From assembly GCA_030264375.1 (NCBI GenBank), contig JASCQW010000119.1:47445287-47509286 (forward strand): a stretch of DNA of 64,000 bases, given 5' to 3'. Position 1 is the stretch's first letter. Every line of letters starts with the position of its first letter. Shown in pieces: positions 37,408 to 51,093 of this stretch. Position numbers and translations under genes: made by a program. This DNA is from Carcharhinus longimanus (taxonomy: Eukaryota). The notes beneath the pieces are model-generated. The model saw only the letters and a program-made list of their open reading frames with translations. It ran no database searches and was not told the origin of the DNA.

Positions 37408-37525
37408 TACAAAAGCAAAACACTTCAGATGCTGGAAACCTGACACGAGATGAAAAAAATGCTGGAAAACTCCAATAATCAGGCAGCATCTGTGGAGAGA
37501 AACAGTTGACATTCATGTTGATGAC
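37408..37525 (-). mobile_element. Penelope-like terminal repeat (family B)
   Basis: aaaagcaaaacacttcagatgctggaaacctga...aatgctggaaaactc...ggcagcatctgtggagaga is the reverse complement of the family B pattern. Confidence 0.6.
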
Positions 37526-40144
37526 AATTTCAAAATATCAAACTGTACATGAATTGGATGAATTATTTGTGAACTGTGTTTTTGAGGAAGTCAAGGTCCC
37601 CCATTATACAATTTATATTTATCTTGTATTGTTTACAGTTTTCCAAGTCAATGGCCCAGGTTTTGCGATCGAGGAACTGAAGCTATCAACGTTCAGCATT
37701 ATTATGGTGGAAATCACATTTTTGGCATCCACGCATGTACAATAAAACATGGAAACCCAAATACCCTGATTCCCACCAGAATTTCCCACCCAAGTTGCTG
37801 TTCTCTCTGACAGTGAGCACGGACTGATTATCACCCGAAACATATTTTTCTAAAAGTCAGCTGAGAGAAAATAGGAGACGTGCCTCAAACTTTTTTTTTA
37901 AATATAGCGTATAGAGATGTGCTGTGACATACAAAATGTTGGGAACCACTACTCTATTCAACCAAAGCAGCTCTGATTTGGATACCCCATGAAATCTTCC
38001 ACGAATAAAACAGCTAATGCCAGAAAATACGTCAATACCATTTCTCAACGACATCTGTAAAAGCCAATTGGAATCACCAAGATTGGTCAACAGCAGGGCT
38101 AAAGGGACGTAGAAAAAAAAGAGATCGAGTGGAAGCTGAATAACCAGGTATTATTTTCTGCTCCTTTTGATGGCACGAAAACCTCCGTTGGAAAGGCTTT
38201 AAAGGTGTAGATTTGAGCATCCCAGTTAATCACTCAATCCACAAGACTAAGTTACAAGTTTGGATAAAAAGTGTTTTCTAACCTTCAAAAAGGTGATGGA
38301 GAGAGGGTCAACTAGAAGTGCATGATACTAGCTAGTTAAATTTTAGGATTGTTATTAGTTTAGCGACCCATATCTTGGACAAAACCTACCCAGATTTTTG
38401 TTGAAATTTATTACGTTACAGGAGTAATAAAACTGTCAGATATTTGCACAAACCAAATAATTTATTAATGTCCTTTATGAAAGGAAATCTCTAATCGCCT
38501 ATTAAAATGACCAAGCTAAAGGGCATAGTCATTGTTGAAAAAGGCTACCTATATGTAACATGTTGGTCATGATGTCAGTCCAAAATAATATGAAATAGTA
38601 TAAATAATATTAAGAAATCTCCTCCTTCTGCATCTCCAACATACTTTTCCTTGCAAGATCCTCCTTAAACCCAACCTCTGACCAAGCTTTCAGTCACCTT
38701 CTGAATATGTGCTTCTTGGGCTTGGTCAATGTTCGTTTGATTGCACTTCTATGGAGTGCCTTGGGATGTTATTGCAGAGTGTAATGATGTTTATTTCCAG
38801 TCTAAGTAAAGGACCAAGTGAGCGATGTAAACTAGAAATTGCTGTTGACAAAAAAACTGGTCGAGCTTCTAATGAATTGTGAGACATTGGTTTTAATGGG
38901 CTTATTTTTAAGAAAGGTTCGGTGACTCTACTAAAATAAGAGGAATGTCATGCAAGTATTCATTATTCAAATCATAAACAGCAATTTAAAGCCTTCTGTT
39001 CCATGATTTTAAAAATGAAACATTTAAAATGCATAGCTCTGTAGCGAGGAAAGGAAAGATTCCCATGCCAAGTCTGTGCTTTGACAATATTGGTTCACCC
39101 GTATACCAACCAAAATCTTCTTAAGTATAAAATCTGTTTGATTAGCACACTCAATCTAGATAACCTCCCACCTGTTTCTGGACTGCCATAGGCTCCACAA
39201 GAGGGACACATGCAACAGTGAAATCATCTTGTATTGGAACTGGAGCAGGAACTAATGGAATTATTGTAGATGCATGTGGCAGGCTTCATTCACAATTTAT
39301 CTGGAATTAGAACTGCAGTGAAATAGATACATTTATTTTCATCCTTAAATTTCTATCATTTTCCCAGGGGATTTTTTTCCTTATTTAGACAGAATGGCAG
39401 TAATCATCTAACTTTAGGAAATGCAACAAATAAAGTGTAAAATTCAAATTGGTGAGCTGGAACATTCTCACAAATCTTGCTAGAAACCGAATCTCCTGCA
39501 TTCACCCACTCACATCCTCTGCATTAATCTCCAACTTCATCACATCTGCAAACTGGACATCTGGGTATTTTAAACTTTGCCTCCATAAACTATAGATGTT
39601 GACCTGAACTTAAACCATTCAAAATCCTTCCTATATTATCCATATGAAGTCTATAAACGATAAGGAAATGGCGCTTTGATATCCAAGTGCTGTGGGACTC
39701 AAAAGCCACGAAATGCCACCACAGATGCCATATAAATGTCAAAGCAGGCGGCGGCGGCAATCAGAGCAAAAATATTCACCAAATTCAATGAGNNNNNNNN
39801 NNNNNNNNNNNNNNNNNNNNNNNNNNNNNNNAGCAACTAGATCATAACTCCTTAAAGATTAGTAGCTCAAAAAAGTAAATTTAAAAATGAGGACCGATCC
39901 TTCCAATGTTTAATTTCACTTAAACTTAAGTTCATCAAGGCAAATGGAAAACAAGAAAAAAAAAACACACATCAGGAGAAAACGTGGGCACCTTTGGTTC
40001 TCTTAAAAACAAAGATGGTATCAGGTTAAAATTGAATGGTATATATTATCTCCCCCATTGTTCTGTTGAATTAACAAAGACTCATCAAGAAATGCTCCCT
40101 GGTAAGAACTGGTAAAGCTCAACCTTGCTAGGGAAGGAAAAAAA

Positions 40145-40480
40145 AGGACAAATTTATGATGTACCCTATCATGTACTCAGAATGCCACGAACTGTTTCAC
40201 AACCAATTAATTATTTTTATAGTGTAGTGGCTATTGTTATTTAGATACGTGTGACCAGTGGAACAACTAACTCCCTGCTCTTTAAATACTCTCATTGGAT
40301 CTTTTACAGACATTGGCATCAGTTTAACATCCCATCCAGAAGGCAGCTAGCCCAATGATGTAACTTTACACTGGTTCTGCATTGTAGCATCAGCCAAGGT
40401 GAACCAAATGGTATTGTCTTTGTTCTATCATTTTCTTATCCATTGCTCAAATATTCAAGGCTTAATCCCACAACCTTCTA
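40145..40480 (-). mobile_element. Deu-domain SINE, decayed
   Basis: ggatcttttac...gtttaacatcccatccaga...ctgcattgtagcatcagcc is reverse-complementary to the 31270 copy. Confidence 0.5.
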
Positions 40481-42624
40481 GCTTGGAGGCACTGACATTT
40501 GACTTGGAAAGAAAACTTAATTTCTTGGGTTGTTTTGAGGTAAAAACAAAACCCAATATTACATTACACAGGTTCAGTTTTAAATTGAAAGCCATCATGT
40601 CAATTTTCATTCATGTTGTTTCAGACTAATCTGTCCGGAAAGATCATTGTATTGTCCTAAATTTCTACCCTCCCAATTTTAAGATCACTTTTACTTTTTG
40701 CCTTTTGACCTAAGCATTGGTATCAAAACTTGCAGCCCCCATGACTCCACTTTTTCAAACTCATTTCTAAAGCACACTCTGAGTCTCCACTTCGTTTTCT
40801 TTTTAAAAATCTTCCTAAAATCTTTGCAACCATCCCTTTAGTTATCTTACTCACTCCATCCACAATTGTGCCCATGTCCCTGTCAATATAAACTAGCACA
40901 GGACTCCTTTTTGCATTACATCCATGGTATGCATCCATTCACGTTATTGCAACTAGTACATTGATTGCTGACAATTTTCAATAGGAATGTCATACATTTT
41001 GCCTTTCTCTTTAGTAATTTCAGGCATTTTAAAAATTTCAATGCTGGTTGCAATACAGATTTATCAAAAGTATATTTTTGGACAGCAGACTCTCTAAACA
41101 GTAACATCTGCTCTGGGCTTCTCTTTTGGTTATGGTCACGTAACCAGCTACTTTTGTCTTGCACAATAATCACTTTCATCATTTAATTCCTGTTGTCCAC
41201 CCTTTCACGCAACATCCCTTTCATTTCCTTCCTTGGCTCTGGTGTATTCCTGGGTGTTGTTACTTGCTCATAAACTTAAACCGAACTTCTTCCAGTTGTG
41301 CTGAAAGGCTATTGACCGGAAATATCCCTGTTCCACTCTCCGCTGCAGATGCCTAAGACTTCTGGCATTTGGAGTATTTTGCCACAGAAACTATATTGGG
41401 CACACAAATAAAAAAGTGTAGAAAATATATCATTCAGCAGAAGTATTGTACTAGTAAATCAGAAAGTACACACAGATTGTGGTCTTTTGCCCAGTAAATG
41501 GTCAGAGTACAGATGACTTTGTGATGTCCCTAGCTTCCATGGGCTAGTTTGAAAAATTGACTGTAATCTATGTGGAGCCAGCCTCCAATCTTCCACCCAT
41601 CCTTTCCTTTTTCCCAGTATCCTTACCCTTTCCCTTGCGCAATTTCTATCTACTACTTATCTCACTGTCCCCACTATCTGGTCCCTCTTCCCTGAACATC
41701 TTTTTCTGCCAGAACCTACTCCTCCCTCTTGCACATTTGATTCAATTTGAAGTGACTCTCAAGGGAGAGTTCCCACCAGAGATCGATAACATATATCACA
41801 AACAGTAACAAAAATTCTAATGGTATATTGCCTGGGGGGAGCATTCTCAGGGGTCAAGTTACATGACACCAGAAGTACAATGAGACGAAACAAACATTGT
41901 GCCTGTCCCAGAGTACAGGTATTGAAATCTGTCAATATGAATTTCACCAACCCACTAGTTCCCCTTTTCCATTGTTACCTTGATATTTTCAGAAATGAAC
42001 TGAAGTTTCTGCATGGAATCATGCGATATTCTGAGGGAAATGTGCACCTTTCAGTAATGAGAAGAAAGTTGAAGATCACATTTAGAAGTCAATCCAGTCA
42101 CAGTTCCACAGGAACATGAGTAGGACATTCAACTCTTCAAGCCTGTTCCACCAATTAGATCAGGCCAGATCACCCATGACGAGACTGACTGAAAAGCATA
42201 AATGATGGCTGAAAGCCTCAATAAGTCACTTCAGGATAGAAATCAGGTTCAACAGCAATCAGAAGAGTAAACAGAAAGCATGTTTCAGACTACAAAGTGA
42301 TGAATTTTTTCCCCCCCAATCTGTCTTATTGTAAAGTGCTGTCACTTCCTTCCATAACTGTTCCTCAATCTCTGCAGTGGGAGTTCCAGTGTTGATGTAA
42401 GATTGTCTGGTTGACAGGGCAGTTGCTTAACTCCTCTCTCTCACTGCAAGCTAACGTCAGGACAAATAATGATTCGTCCTCCTCCACAGTTGAGGCTGCT
42501 AAGCCAACTTCACTGCAGTAGCTCCTTCAGACAATTTTGATTATGTGACTACCCATTAGCCCCTACCTCCTTTCCCTGTACCCTCTTCCCTCCCCAGCCC
42601 AGTGACTGCCTCAAAGGTGTGCAG

Positions 42625-42825
42625 GGGAGGTGGACTGGCCACGCTAAATTGCCCCTTAATGTCCAAAGATGTGCGGGTTAGGTGGATCATGCATGATAAA
42701 TATATGGAGTTATTAGGATAAGGAGGGGGTTGCTGGATAGGATGCTCTTTCTGGGAGCTGCTGTATACTTGATGGGCTGGATGGCCTCCTTCTGCATTGT
42801 AGGGATTGCATGGATTCTATGGTTC
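42625..42825 (+). mobile_element. HE1-like SINE, 5'-truncated
   Basis: ggccacgctaaattgccccttaatgtccaaagatgtgcgggttagg...gatgggctggatggcctccttctgcattgtagggatt. Confidence 0.75.
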
Positions 42826-43039
42826 TCTGACACCAGCCCTCTAACAATACTTGACCTTAAAAAAAAATTCAAACTGGTCTTCACTACTTAAGACATTGTG
42901 TCTCAGGAAATGGACTTACACATGCTAAAAAGGCAGTTCAGTGGTTAGGAAATAAATCTTAGATAAAACTACAAGACAAGATGCAAAAAGACACAAAATA
43001 CTCAGTAACCCTTCACGATGTTGCACACTTTTGTAACTG

Positions 43040-43435
43040 TTAGCTTGGTTCATTTGGTAATTCTTCTGAATGAGTCAGGAAGTTGTGTGGTCATGCCTTG
43101 CAATGTGTTTGAGCATACAATAGCCCTTGATACACCTATGCATTACTGAAGGACTGCAGTCCTACTAGGTGCACAGCTTTTCAATAGAAACACTGCTCAG
43201 ATAGATACAAAAAGTTGAATGATACAATTTGAAGGGCATACATATATGCCATATTGACTGATATCTCCTCTTCCACCAAAAGGAAACAAAGATTATCTGG
43301 GCACTCATTTATTGGACAACATAGAAATGAGTTATGTTTGCCTCTCGAGCAATGCAGTTCAAGAGCAATCTATTGCTGTGAAGCCAGAGAAGACACTCTG
43401 AACATAGAGCTACAGAAAAGCATTTTCTTTCTTTT
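43040..43435 (+). mobile_element. Deu-domain SINE, strongly decayed
   Basis: tgagtcaggaagttgtgtgg...tttgagcatacaat...tgatacacctatgcattactgaagg is colinear with the 31270 copy. Confidence 0.5.
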
Positions 43436-46031
43436 GGCTAATAGGTCACAATAATTAATCTCTTAATATCTCAGAAAGCTTTTCCTTTCTATTACTAACA
43501 TAGAGATAGGAAAATTCAACCATCTTAGCACCATTATATCCTACATTCACTCTAACACCGGCATCTATATTTGGCAGCAAAGCTGTAACGTTTCACATGC
43601 TGCAGTAAGTTCTGCTTTTATGTTTGCAATACTATCACAGTCCTTGATTGAAATTGAAAAAAAAAATTTGTTGGATAACCCAATATTGTGACCACAGTTT
43701 CTTGAATAAAAACTTCTGGTCATGACTCAGTCCAGAAGCACAGCTTACCCAGTTGTTTAATAGTTGCTGGAGCAACTGACCACACATCTACCACGTCTCA
43801 TTCAAAGCACTCCAGAACATCCACCTCACCATTCGCTACACTAGCTCCGCCACTAACACTGGAAGAGGAACTACAACTCCTAATATGGTCCAAGCAGCTT
43901 TTGTTCACTGAAGCAGAAAGTTATTTTTTTCCTGCTTAAGAACTTCCATTTCCTCAGCTGGATTTTGTTACTGTTGGTCTGTAGCATCTTTTAACATTAT
44001 TAGCATAGCAATGTTGGTTCTAGAAGCTTCTTTCTTCCCCACTGCTCCCGAAGCATGGACAGTAATAGCAAATGTTAAAACAGAATTAACTGCAGCTCAT
44101 GAAATGGTTCCACAATGAAACAGATTCTGGAACTTGGGCAAGTGCAGAATATGACAGCACATCAAAGACTAAGCTTCAGAGCAAGCCAATACTTTTAAAA
44201 CACTATGAGAATAAACGCAAAATGTATCACTTCTTCAGGACCATGGTGCTGCAGCAAAACTGTACAACACTTTGCAAATCAGTAAACCTCAAATTAATTT
44301 TGACAATGGCAAATTTGAAAACAAGTGCAGCACAATTTTGCTTTGAAGAACTGTTTAAGGAAGAACTGTACATTCCTATCCTGGAAGAACAGGTGTTAAA
44401 TAACATTTGGAAACTGCTCCTGCTGGAAAATATTGCCATTAGATATGATTGGGTCACTTTATCAATTATCAGTGAAATTAACGGAGGAATATTTAACATA
44501 ATCAATCATCAGACACTTAGGTGTCTTGTGTCATTTTAAGGCACATATTTGAAATCAGTTAGTGTTTCTGCTGAAACAGTGGATAGAAGATAATCGTGTG
44601 GATATTGACAACAGCAATCCTTAGGCTGACATTGCCACCACTCTTTCTACATTGAGTTCAGCTTTCACTAAAATACATTCAAAACAAAGAGACAGAAAGA
44701 AGATCACTAATTCAGCTCACTCATCTGAGATCAAAATAACGTTGAGATCATTATTATAAAATTCCTTCCTCCCAAACCCAACATTTTCCTACTCTTTGAA
44801 TCAGGAATTTGTCAATTTATTTTTTGACTGTTCCAATCACATTTAGTTCCAGCCTCACTCAGCCCAATTTGCTATTTTAACAACTTGTACCACCTTCAGT
44901 TGCCTCCCCAATCTACTTTTATTTCCCCCCTTCAAAGCTGTTTATTCACTTTATTTTCCTCACTAAAGTTTGATGCGCCAACCTACTGTCATACAGATAC
45001 TTAATGCGCTTATATCTTTAAAGAATTCCCGTCAGCCTCAAATTGTCTGCTTTTAAATGCCATGGCATCAGGGCCAAATGGATTATAGTACTCCAGCTTT
45101 GATGACTTCGATCTTCCTTCCACTTTCCAACTGATCATCTCTTTCACAAGCCATAGAGATTGCAGAACTAACAGAGCCCAATCAGCCTGTCACGTCAATG
45201 TTAGGTCTTCTTCTCTAGCTATCTAATCCGTTAGATAAATTAAAGTGGGAGCTTTTGAATGGATTTTTTGCTCAGAGTATTCAATGTGAATTCTTTACGA
45301 CAGTAGATTTTATTAGTCAGAACTTGCAAGTAGACCTTTGCAAATGAAATGGCACTCTGACCTCCACATTGCAATGAATGGATCTGGTAATATTGGCAAG
45401 TTGTGTGTTATGTAATGAATCGTCTTTGTTATTTTGGTAACAATTTACCCAAAGGCACATCAGACTCTCAATGGAGAGATGGCGAGAAACTCAAATTTCT
45501 ACATGATCATTTCCACAAGTTAACCTTTCCCTCAGTCCAGAAAAAGAGATCACCAATGGGGTTAGATGAGCAGGCCAAAGCACGCAGGAAGCAATGATAT
45601 AATTGAAATCAAGGCCTCTTAGGCAACAGCAGCACTTCCTGTCAGCAGTCTAAAATTCCTCCAAAGCTTTAAGGAACTGATTTTAAACAGGAACATCAAT
45701 GAGGAACAAAGAGCTTCCAGTTTGAAGTAACGTGAAACTGAACAAAATTCTCAGGCCAAAGCTACAAACAAAAGTGGCTCATCCCAACAAGGCTGTTGGG
45801 AAGTAGCCTCGGTTCTGTTGAATCATCAGATCAACACACGCCACAGATTCTTCACCAGGTGAATCTCTTCCCTGGTACAACACTGCTCGAGAAATCCAAG
45901 TTCGACTGCTGTTCTTAAAGTGGAATTACTCCCCGAGAATCTTGTACATACAAGTGTAGAAATCCCCAAAAAATTGTAACATTTTCCTCTCAGCACCAAT
46001 TTGTGCAGGAATATTATCACTAGGGAATTAA

Positions 46032-46306
46032 GGGGGCAGCATGGTGGCACAGCTGCCTCACAGCACCAAGGGCCTGGGTTCAATTCCTGGCTTGGATCAT
46101 TGTCTGTGTGGAATTTGCACATTCTCCGTGTCTGCGTGGGTTTCCTCCCACAGTCCAAAGATGTGCTGGTTAGGTGCACTGGTCATGCTAAATTCTCCCT
46201 CAGTGTACCCAAACAGGCGCTGGAGTGTGGCGACTAGGGGATTCTCATGGTAACTTAATTGCAGTGTGACTGTAAGCCTATTTGTGACACTAATAAATAA
46301 ACTTTA
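46032..46306 (+). mobile_element. V-SINE with alternative (non-HER1) tail
   Basis: HE1-type head and V domain, then cccaaacaggcgctggagtgtggcgactagggg...tgtgacactaataaataaacttt. Confidence 0.8.
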
Positions 46307-46439
46307 ACGTGCAATGCCAATCCAGTAGAAGGTTTGCATGACTTTACAGGGAGTATTTAAAATGTTGGAGTTCCACATTTGCTGAATTTACCAAATCTAA
46401 CTTGCAATAAAGAGTACAAAGAGGACCCAATGTCTGCAC

Positions 46440-47340
46440 AATATAGATAAGACAATACAGCCCCAGTTTGGTATCTGGCCACAGGACCAGAGTGTGTTGC
46501 CAGAAGGTGTTCAATTGCCTGATTTGGGTGTTCAAATGCATCTTCAAATGCAATCTCTTAAACACAGTACCAGCAATCTCACATACAACTCAATGCATCA
46601 TACCCGCAGCATTGATCAATCCACAATTAGGACTGATGTCCAACACCCAAATTCTTCATTTCGCTCCTCACACACTTACTCATGCTACCAGTCTCACACT
46701 GATGTCTCATAATCTCTACATGCAACTAATTCAGTTTANNNNNNNNNNNNNNNNNNNNNNNNNNNNNNNNNNNNNNNNNNNNNNNNNNNNNNNNNNNNNN
46801 NNNNNNNNNNNNNNNNNNNNNNNNNNNNNNNNNNNNNNCACACTGATGTCTCATAATCTCTACATGCAACTAATTCAGTTTAGAGATACAATGCTCAAAT
46901 ATGTTGCAACACATTCACTGATGCTGTCCCTTGTGGGACATGGTCACATATAACAAAAGAGCAGCTGAGATAAGTGGGAGACAGGCACATCCACATTTCC
47001 TGAACCCTTTGCAGGAAACACAGCTTTGAATCAGTGTGTCAGCAGTAATGGAGGCTGTTACACTGACATCACCAAGAACATCCAGGAAGACTTATTCACC
47101 TGCTGAAACCCAAATTTAACCTCAGCCTGCTACCTGGCCTGAAGTGCAAGCTACAGATGATGTGACCATGCACCTCTTGCTTTGCACCTAAAACCCCTCC
47201 CTTATGCATTTATGTTTCCAGATATCAAAGGCCTGGCCAATCAGCACAGCCTCACTATGAAGAATGCAAGAACACCTGATGAAATGGCACCAACGGCTGT
47301 CCCTCAATTGTGGATGACATCTACACAAGGTCACAAATTT
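46440..47340 (+). mobile_element. Possible Harbinger Myb/SANT-gene remnant
   Basis: VSGHRTRVCCQKVFNCL resembles RT..QC.KKFNDL of Harbinger-associated Myb/SANT domains; otherwise degenerate. Confidence 0.3.
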
Positions 47341-47399
47341 ATGCCATGGGTCTTCATGTGGCTGAACAGGTCAACTCTAAACCAACGGAAGTGCAGGAT

Positions 47400-49800
47400 T
47401 TGCTTCCTCTTCTATCCTTCTTGTGTGGTGTCTCACCATTAAGAGGCTGGAAAACAAAACATGATGCAGCTTGGACAGATTGGCAACAACTCCTTCCATT
47501 AATCTCAATGCCGCCACTCTTCAAGGAAAGCTTCAAACAGTCTTTGAAGAGTTTTTTGTCCTCCCGGGAGCGTTGTCCATTTGAGTCGAGGAAAGCAGGT
47601 GGGGGAGATGCTTTTCGACCATCAGGCTACAGCATCCCACGCATTAAAACTGATTTTTGTCTGTCTGCTTGTGGGTCAGACACAGTCTTCCCACTGAACC
47701 AAGAAACATGGCAGAGACAGTGCTGGTGGAATTAGTGTTTTTTAAGTGTGAGAGTGAGTCACACGCCTCTCTGGCATGGAACTATAAAATTGCCTTTCTT
47801 TCACTGTTGCTGGGTCAACATCCTGGAACATCCTCCTTAATGGCTCCGTGGGTAAAATGACACCACATGACTGCTTCAAGCAGGCAGCTTACCATCAGCA
47901 CCATCTTCTCAGGAAGATTAGAGATGGGCAATAAATGCTGTCCAGGCCAGTGATGTCCACATCCCACAAGGGGACAAATAATACTTAGTACAGGTCTCAC
48001 AGGAATGTGGTGACAACAACTGCTTTACACATTAGAATTCTTTTTGACTCTTGTCTTTGTGGTTAAAACAACAAACATTCATTGCCGTAATCTGTAGAAG
48101 ACTGAGCTGGCGCAGCTATCCTGGGTTGGATCCCATTAATGGTAGCCTTTTAAGAAAGATTTCTACCAAAGAATGTGAAGTGCTCAATATATTTGGGTGT
48201 CTCTCCTTCAACAGAGAGTGACTAGCCAGGGATGGGTTGATATACAAGTTTTGCTTTGGCAACAATCAAGAACAGGCCCAGTTTCTTGTATGCAGAATGG
48301 AAAAGATGAATAGTGACTTGCAAATCTGGTACAGAGTGGACAATGACATTGCAGTCATCCACAAAGTGTGGCTGTGTGTCTTGATGGTGGTCAGTTTAGT
48401 TTTAGCACAGAGGTAACTGCGGTTAAAGAGTTTTCCAGCTAGGTGGTGTTTAATATTGAGAGCAGAGGGCAGTTATTCTTTGATGAACTGAATCAACATT
48501 GTCAAGCGGATTGCAAATACTATGATATGGAGATGCCAGTGTTGGACAGGGATGGACACAGTAAGAAGTTTTAGAACACCAGGTTAAAGCCCAACAGGTT
48601 TATTTGGAATCACGAGCTTTCAGATCGCTGCTCCTTAGACTTCCTCCTGTGCAAATATTATGGGGGTTTTCACAGCCTTACTTGACTCCATTCTGAATTT
48701 TAAAGGCATGAGTTGCAGATCTCCCAAGACACTTAGCCGCATATTATGAAGCAACAGCAGGGTTGTGTTCAAGTTTCCAGCCAATCCAAATTTTTGGTAT
48801 GCAATCCACAAACCCTCACTATTTATTAAGTCAAATGCATTGGTCTGGACACTGAATAGAAAGAATAGTTCCTGCTGTTGGTGTTGACAATTTTCTTGGA
48901 TTTGTCTCCAACAAAAGACTAGCTTGGAGGTTCCTCTGGCAGGTCAATAACAACACTGTGCCCCCAGCCACAAAAAGTAAGAGATTCAAGAGTGTGTGTG
49001 TCAGGATTCTCCTAACTCTGGATAAGAGTGAACTACCTCAATAATAGATTCCACAACATGATTGATCTCCCTTCTTTCAGATAGTTACAATGTCACATTC
49101 CAAAAGTTGGAAAGTGGGGTGTAGTCACAGGGGAGTTTTCTTTCAATATCCGGAGGATGAGTGCATGTCATCTTAATGTGAGCAAAAATCCCACCATTTT
49201 TGAAGAGCTCAGCTGGAATACCCAGGGATTCAGGCTTGGTTGTTTTTCATCCGACTGTGCTCCAAACCAAGGATTCTACCCCAGGGCACTAAGAAATATC
49301 CTGGTGAGTATTTGCTGCCACTGTGGATTCATGGTTGAGTTGTCAAAATGTTCTTTCCAGCACTGACAGATGGCACAATCATCCTTAAAGAGAAAAACAC
49401 ATTGTGATGACGGGGATTTTATTACTTTGACCTTGCAGCTTCAAAAACATTTTGCATGTCATGGTGGTCGGCATATTGTTGGATCTTCCCACCACATGTC
49501 TTTTATCTTCAGGATTTGTCAGTAGGCGTCAGCCTTGAGCTGCTGGAATGCTGCCTTTGTAAGTTGTGGCGTTGGGTTGTTCCGCCAGGAAATGAAGGCT
49601 TCCCATTTTCCACAGAGGGGAGGGCAAAGGCAGGATTAACACTTGGTGAGTCATTGAGCATGAATGGGATGCAGCCAGAGCTTAGCAAAAGGGACGTATG
49701 TGTGCCAGTTCGACAGAGGACAGATGAGCTTAATGGCCGTGGACTCAAGATGATTGACTGGCATCCCAACCACCATTCCCTCCATCTGCAAAATTGACTG
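47400..49800 (-). mobile_element. RTE-clade LINE, long decayed copy with nested insertions
   Basis: Minus strand: GIPAELFKNGG (~49195-49225), AFDLINSEGLW...KFG (~48785-48840), GQRSR..K.FKDCLKLSLK (~47520-47580). Confidence 0.75.
48522..48636 (-). mobile_element. Penelope-like terminal repeat (family A), truncated
   Basis: gatatggagatgccagtgttggac...caccaggttaaagcccaacaggtttatttggaatcacgagctttcagatcgctgctcctt. Confidence 0.7.
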
Positions 49801-50233
49801 GAATAACTCACCCGGGCTCCCGCCAGCTAGAACGATAATGGCAACAGGCACATGCAGACACTGACACTTGCAATTACTTCTCTGAATTGCGCACCATCCT
49901 GATTTGGAAAATATCACTGTTCCCTCACTGTCATTGGGTACATTGAGATGGAATAACAGAATATGCTTACAATCAATAACTTTTCCTTTGCAAAGAGCAA
50001 AACTATAAATAAAATTTATGCCTGCAAGCGAAGGTTCTGTGTTTAAATTATGTAACAGTACCTCCCTTGCTAGTGCGAGTCATTCCTTGTCTGTAAATTT
50101 AACTGAAAAGACTGCTATTCTCATTGTTCATGAAGTTCCAAGAGGTCCCATTGTCCTCACTGCACTCGAGTCAACTCACACTTCCAAGTTATGGCATCAA
50201 AACTTTGAGCTGAAGGGCCCATGAAAATCTTTA

Positions 50234-50252
50234 ACACACACACACACACACA
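50234..50252. repeat. (AC)9 microsatellite
   Basis: Perfect run. Confidence 0.9.
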
Positions 50253-50855
50253 TTTTGCATCCAGTGCTACCAACTGTCTCACTCCCCTAAACACCATGAC
50301 AAGTCTGCTATCTTTGCCTGACTGCTTACTCTTTTAATCATAGTGTACTACAAGGGCACAGTATAATGTCATTCTCATATATTCTGACACCTCCACTAAG
50401 TTTATTACTGCTTTCTTTATGATCTATACTTTTCTAGCTCTGCAAATCTTAATATTCATAAATCAAAAATAAATCCACCCCCGCCTTGCATTAAAGTTGT
50501 CCTCCCACTTATTGTTTCTAAATTTTTATCCTTTTTTTCAAAGTAACTTGAAAAAAAATTCACTTCTGGGCAATAAAGAGGCAAATAAAATTAATATTTA
50601 TGCATACGTACAGATATCTAAAGTTTTGAGATTTAGCAATCATTTCTGGCATCATACTCATAAATATCAGTACCACACTTCAAAACTAAATCAACTGAGG
50701 ACCTGGTGCAGACAGTCAACATAAACATGCCCGAAGACAGCACAGCAAATAAATAGTGTGACTCTAAAGTATTCCATCATCCTGTTCTTACAGATCAGCA
50801 AATTCTCCTGCAGCAATGTTCTAAGAAATCCATGAATGCGCACTGGGCACATGGC

Positions 50856-51093
50856 ATCAACCATTTGGCCTTTTGGCTAAGATCGAACGTCAGAACAAGC
50901 CCAAGATGGAGTACAATGCTTCAACCTGCCAGCTTGGATCTTGTTTGTCTCTCTTGTGAGGACCATGAATTGGATTCAATTTGAATTTGATTTTGATTTT
51001 TGAGGCAAGCAAGGAATAAATTTGGGTTTGCCCAGTCTATTCTGAGCACTGGCTTTGTATCTTTATGGATGGAGTGAATACTTTTTAAAAAAG
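50856..51093 (+). mobile_element. U2 snRNA-headed retroposed element (SINE-like chimera) with A-tail and TSD
   Basis: ggccttttggctaagatc (50867-50884) is identical to U2 nt 11-28; ~200 bp non-U2 body; A6 at 51087-51092; direct repeat acatggcat at 50849-50857 and 51094-51102. Confidence 0.75.

Noticed and set aside
39650-39792. GCG-repeat tract as promoter or first exon
   Set aside because: Too short, not a CpG island, no clear donor, and truncated by a gap.
44099-44539. 146-aa ATG ORF on the plus strand
   Set aside because: No recognisable domain or exon structure; compatible with chance in AT-rich DNA.
46696-46882. Exact ~43 bp direct repeat either side of a 100-N gap
   Set aside because: Overlapping contig ends joined by a placeholder gap; assembly artefact.
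47270-47310. cacctgatgaaatggc as another hammerhead
   Set aside because: No stem II closure or GAAA box follows.
50856-50892. Functional U2 snRNA gene
   Set aside because: Only the first ~36 nt are represented; no intact GUAGUA branch-site recognition sequence, Sm site or 3' stems.
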